Source: Candidatus Kaiserbacteria bacterium RIFCSPLOWO2_01_FULL_45_25 (GTDB taxonomy: Bacteria > Patescibacteriota > Minisyncoccia > Phycocordibacterales > UBA918). From it: 64,000 nt of DNA. A program made the translations under genes and the position numbers. The stretch spans positions 51,600-115,599 of the forward strand of contig MFLT01000001.1 of NCBI GenBank assembly GCA_001781415.1. The letters run 5' to 3'. The notes beneath the pieces are model-generated. The model was not told the origin of the DNA. It was given only the letters and a program-made list of their open reading frames with translations, and did no database searches. This document shows, one piece after another, positions 63,801 through 64,000 of the stretch; the stretch's first letter is position 1; each line of letters opens with the position of its first letter.

Positions 63801-64000
63801 ACTATCCTTGGTCGGTTAACTATTGCGAACGCTCACTTCTTAGATGCTGGAGCAACAGTATGGGACTTGGCTGGTACGGGAACGGTGTTTACTGAAACTG
63901 GAACTTTCCTCGAGGATACTAGTACCATTCGCTACAGTGGAGCTGGTGCCAATGTACTTTCAACCAACTACTACAATCTTCTAGTGTCTGCTGGGGTTGG
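48819..64000 (+). CDS. Giant surface protein, over 5000 aa, truncated by the window end (acidic stalk, FN3-like modules, two DUF2341+LamG modules, WNG-repeat regions, beta-helix-like repeats)
   Basis: ATG 48819 begins MYLKAFFTKTTLWSVAAFCLLVGVFVYA. The same frame is open wherever sampled, up to ...STNYYNLLVSAGV at 64000, and the ORF track lists no closed ORF in this frame. Confidence 0.88.
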   Translation, partial: MYLKAFFTKTTLWSVAAFCLLVGVFVYATIDRTVYVTEQLVVIPDTVVSDTWLGVENILVSDISGESLYQEFTLSNAAVLDEGLMNANPPAETSADNLPTAEVGAPTEGENNNGAADDSPVVEGDAEVEPAQTDAGIQTDENATVPTDGTTEEVAPVPTVDEVETAPEPETVSEPEPEPVDEPEPAPAPEPAAEPEVSANSNSIYWGLLPLSTNSYRLTQETITEEVTPAPVAEEAEPVAEPEPVVDEPAAEEPVVEEVPTETAPEPVVEGEATVEVETEPVVEEEQLLDTTEESSNEEGSETGVEGDEVLTEEEINNVEEGETEEEFEEEIVTTIYDVCVGNEECKLYSTTFTGFSVPEFEEGKFLASAQLRLSLAAKTKSSYTEGPQRFVVEYSYEATGEWRTATIIDIEEEIANSINGDYFLVSLDKPLNQAQLANLQVRVSYQGDISDLDRAYIESLWLEVTSASFYEETDPQYLSGAIDYSRDLLSPELHELNNPDLDPAMSELPSFTLSYSPQQNFIKRALTAVFSENEYAVDSVRIIDALGDVITVPVDVEYYDDKTWTVQFLEQPQKMVPGKYTVELVINENETLYTDSFEFYWGVLAVNTTKSMYFPGEDVTLNLAALTEKGDTICDAALLLKVIDPSYTISEIPVEQSGACGKNNVTDIPDYLAYFNDADELGEYTIQLQHLNREGEVVHSIQDHFEVREYIPYDIERTAPTRIYPLAPYDVTLKVEANRVFTGDIVERVPRGFTFINTSGAEVVTLPEYTELIWRNISLEEGDDIELSYQFDAPDISPYMYLLGPLNMDGFTELRQWQIASDALTAMGVFTGTRSVASTNLNQAASPLQWSGSDIDPFYFDHSTSTNSHEVTFRQAGDYYLAVNVPQVRTDGNSSRTRVGVEVRVNGVPVPQGLGRSSYIRNTSGHAESSAYANILLTDIQVDDIVEVYVEGLTTVDAGDIVNVSGQASLSLEYVGVGAGVFAATTTQTTNSTNLNQITAYPLEWTETRQDTGFVHSDAINPEQIIISDPGIYHVTINVPLTNNIAQTNVRGEVLLDGVLVPGGVFAQGYAQNSGTESDGDSSIHWTGVIETTAVNQVLSVTAEREARAGTVTVTSGFFGSIFVRELPVDDVLVLRGTNLVGGTNWNPAAAAAVQWVTEDFMDATVFTHSTTSNSHQITVNEDGDYYLSYNDVLNGAVFRSNSRVEVLKNGTPISGAQTKSHYIRNQNGHTESSGALAIVLQGLLNGDVITVTTQQEAAAGTVNDTSDAIIMMWKKATLDLRPDAPVTTTPFDNIRFASSTPHFDFSATDPDGTSDIEYEFSIATSTGFTASTTFNSVTDSEFFNTSSSTDTSPFTEGNTIRLQLTSGDVLSDQTTYYWRVRAKDTTGSGEFSDWSTTKSLTVDMAAPADSWFQSYSGQFEGDSLVGASSNNDQVQVDASVSSEVLIAYGEGTNTTPRYRFWNGSSWGLEGGAQTVSGTINWVRTAASVTRDEYALITLDSASDSFVQIYSASTSAWGNQVLMSPAVTGPQYRGIAVGYESTSGDLMAISCTNSPNPVYRIWNGTTWSATSTITVSSLNNCNFLELASDPASDEMILVVRDTGTQYEALVWDGSAWVESRVIGSSAKVAREGMSVAYEASGDQAVVIVSNGTANSFAYTTWNGVEFSTNDTQTLGNDFEFGRLAADTDSDNLALCYIDEDNDVGAIRWNGGVWSATTELDTGGNIDTGRPVDCEFETTAGRSEYLMAAYSDTVNVRHRSGTSTVYSTEATIGTMEDSFWVQTERAGDGIVLAVALDDTVDNLNSSYWNGTSWAAQDTLETSPSSVIASPYEMYDMSAKRFQFAEGVVQTPPINFTDVPNQPTWGDINFSTTEPFGTDVLVRVKYSNVGTCDAYVPDLALPGNSTGFDAANSPIDLVSVSTTTYDQICLEATLTTLGDSSASLDEWTLAWVRQPKLIQNRYRWYVNGSFLTPTDPWPAGVDDTAENTSINSSIAINNSEAIRLRMSLQGSNVELPAFAEAFKLQYAEGFTCSNALTWHDVGDTASTTALWRGFENSIVGDDWYSASWGKRVKVIIDSALVSDSQTNFPVYLNLADFPAAFFDNVQADGDDIRITRADGVTEVPFELVTIDTSADTGELHFKADVSSTTDTSFFVYYGNGSASGYSNTATYGRNNVWTNGFLAVYHLDQSPTASAPQFIDSTGNNTGTAVNLEAGDRLTGVVGRAIDVDGADEYIDTNINQNVLRSTWSLWINPDGAQGAYDGVMMSRGTLTHGININSGANRLGYHWRDASNTWSWNGGPIYPTNQWFMASLVIEPSLATLYAHTGGGVTSATNAVTHATATVDALDIGRDPLGGRSFNGIVDEATLSSVARSASWLSTTYNNKSNPTGFYSVSSEELISDGRLLPSVVLSESDVSETYEEENPTRDNQNTLPVGDDAEWDFVLENNGATPATNYCFRLVYEDGALLNTYQNYPRLITNAPPLVPTLIAPFDNERLASTTPSFEFSADDELEDEVAYEIQVSTDYAFGSTVINNNSVASFALFTNLIQPSEKGQFTSADTIQFISPTALSSGTTYWWRVRAQDPDGSGSYSEWSTPESFTVTTGTTITTWYQTTGEQFATNNLLDAIANSGDTGIDSGFTAATTTSTVIDYDDRDTGNAWGDFSFTHNVTSGSIRYRVEYRVSGETFELVPDVDLAGNSTGFTTSPVSLAALNTTTYNELRLVAVLSGNATLPRLQDWTVTWSETIESPTHVDPFDNAKVSTTTPALKFFTSDPENEDLQYEVQLSSTYDFASPSTFTSGVEAGFSNTEDALDTSPFTTDEQIQYLVQTPLTNGNTYWWRTRARDPLGANSWSDYSTPESFTVDTSITTSVWYQTTGEQFETDELVDIETTAGAAQITSTITEVISVYGEGTGQSPQYRLWNGTSWSAPFSAQSVGAQIRWLELKASPARPEYALGTLGTDLDVNFQIYNSETDTWGDVEELQTNSVATDKRTFNLTYESQSGDLLAVACNGTEAVYSVWNGTSWSATSTLSLTNANNCEFVQMASDPTSDEIIVVFRHAVTSANDFEAFVWNGSSFGNATQFGELVQSAHEGMAVAYEESGGQAIVAVSNDANTTLLYNIWNGTSWSGTATHALGDHFEWATLKADVGTDRLAFCYLDNDTDVGVLIWDGSAWNTVTELDIDGNDIRGRAIDCEWQVGTNDGELVVAYSDTIGTRYQTYNGTTFSGEFSLSIINDTFEINTVRAGDGLIHLSAYDDALTPDRIDHSRWDGAAWSTRERFSDNASLNNVLPYVGGVSMAPQIYPNFVSGSIRSTPIAFADGTGPRWDTVSWSDTTPGASEILYRLYYESAPGVYSLIPDIDLPGNSAGFVTSPLDISDVSRTTYSVLQLDAQFACVTGDCPTLQDWSVAWSEGITMSGTAKEFDGIASTTSGTVGVAVNGVIQSGKTGAIQANGTWSIANVTAFPGDTLVAFVDGAADADEAVGIATYDGVGNVTGVELTKRHVTIGYSSVSTTTIAGFAGYDNADDEDIFFTVGAGNAFALCAEVACADGQLKIKTGTTFIPGATLTTHDFLNQGSFEPATNTVRVSGGWDNQGTFVSDTSTVIFSATSTAESITTSSSTLGFYNVTFGEGSGTATWTVAKPLSTTNNLAVTFGTLARGTSTIAIGGNLQVGATAYFTGLATTTFNGSGSHTWSDAKSATTSSNVGYVVIDGTTKTITLAGNVGAQSITIGADDTLNASGSGFNINVVSSWINNNAFIPQSGTVTFVGTTTGVIARGTSSFNNLAFTGVGGNWSFSTSTLALNGNLTIATGTVTFPTGTTTIAGSFSNTGGTFLHNNGEVRMTSTAGGRTITQSGTPFLNAFYDLVFTGSGAWSYSEASATTTRNFRIQSGTVTLPSSTLTVGGDYSVTGTGAFIHNNGEVILIVQNTNFVRGNGSNFNNLRTTGSGSEGWYDDSFSYRIPITVMASSAAATLTDYPMYIDLSTLGNQFFQNVGAAGKDIRVTSADGVTELPVEVINVSTSTQTGELYFKAPTLSSITDSTFYIYYGNQSAIAYAENATYGAQNVWSNGYAAVYHLNGLLDSTANNRDLVAVGTPTLFGNSAYELDGNTDFLRMPNNFGLFSGAVDFTTEISFDADAVAPSTDYSTSPVLMMFGDENNAMLTFGDGLPGNTLGFRYQGWVTPVSIPNIQIDTPYQVGLTYDQGGSGLAMYLNGTSVSTAAGNITVAAGTFDSIIGGTNTADANRAFDGVVSNVRISSVARSAAWLRLSNINIVSPTSVYATSSQQGITLRTFADTNVTVLGNLVHDLGGDVVYPTGVLSVQGSFDNNATFAANNGTVRFNSTSGAETIDAGDSSFATLTFDSATGDFTVTENATATVAINLTSAEQFTLASGRTLTSQGTFTHAADGANTTWTGSTLRLLSGTTVTLNAKTHAGDVYGTLESASSTLAKMWNSSATTYITSGATGAIYSQDHAGVDGDLNIYGNYTRSSGTEYWSYATDFDGTSLTGTERQVDVRVASSSVLNIQASTLSVVGGSSATTTVDAVAGAFAITATSSTFNSSYASFAGTGVSGLSLTGSTTIGTFASTDFNVVPGRSGITIDASTINTNPADQFFNVNFATTSAGLGTNVTLTGSPASYVWFRNGIGNLYGEAYDAGDGNPGSIRFDDSSYLITVSGVVYSDAGTSVMGAPTCDGVTPNVRIVIDGGTYTDAVSCNASTGAYTFNNVAYIGDPSVVVYLNTNGGARGAVVSKTPTANITNFDIYANRVIVRHEDILSITIADMIDYDGSDDTDIPFVAAVGSPDTLTLNDNTELYVFTGKTFTPTGNLTLLGNGNANSYEGTLQIGASASFVATSTETHTLAGRLVLASTTSSFTAASSTFVFNATTTGKSITGTNPITFNEIQFTGVGGGWNITAPLIVQADMQVNAGTVTGTSDVTLQNGSLYGNGTLSFGSGTTTIARTNTFGGTTAWTLNNLVLGNGTVVGTTTPATTATTTILGRLTIANAHFLDAGATVWDLAGTGTVFTETGTFLEDTSTIRYSGAGANVLSTNYYNLLVSAGV

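Overview
A 64-kb window that reads as a Patescibacteria/CPR (Parcubacteria-like) chromosome. This assignment is an inference from compact genes, near-leaderless starts, an orphan substrate-binding protein next to secG and very large surface proteins. The left half is mostly housekeeping: HAD hydrolase, MFS transporter, RNase J, secG, groES-groEL, lemA/DUF2207/htpX, tRNA-Ser(GGA), typA, a pseudouridine synthase, an ECF sigma/anti-sigma pair, split umuD and umuC, a GH18 and a Nudix hydrolase. It also holds a stand-alone voltage-sensor protein, a class F sortase beside its probable 1385-aa substrate, and a GC-rich, Shine-Dalgarno-bearing islet after the tRNA (GT2 synthase, CE4 deacetylase, predicted outer-membrane beta-barrel). 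The right 29 kb (34.9-64 kb) is one co-oriented cell-surface locus: WxL-like secreted protein, triplicated-domain Ig adhesin, DUF916/WxLIP-like membrane protein, two FGE-sulfatase/CLec-fold paralogues, an ABC exporter, a dockerin protein sharing its N-terminal domain with the WxL-like protein, Hsp20, a membrane-anchored cohesin protein, and a giant ORF (48819 to beyond the window end, over 5000 aa) missing from the ORF track. The best candidate for an undescribed system is this cohesin-dockerin-tethered WxL-like fibre/adhesin apparatus. Two families of dispersed structured intergenic repeats and several long near loop-less palindromes are also present. All family calls are from motif recognition by eye, not database searches.
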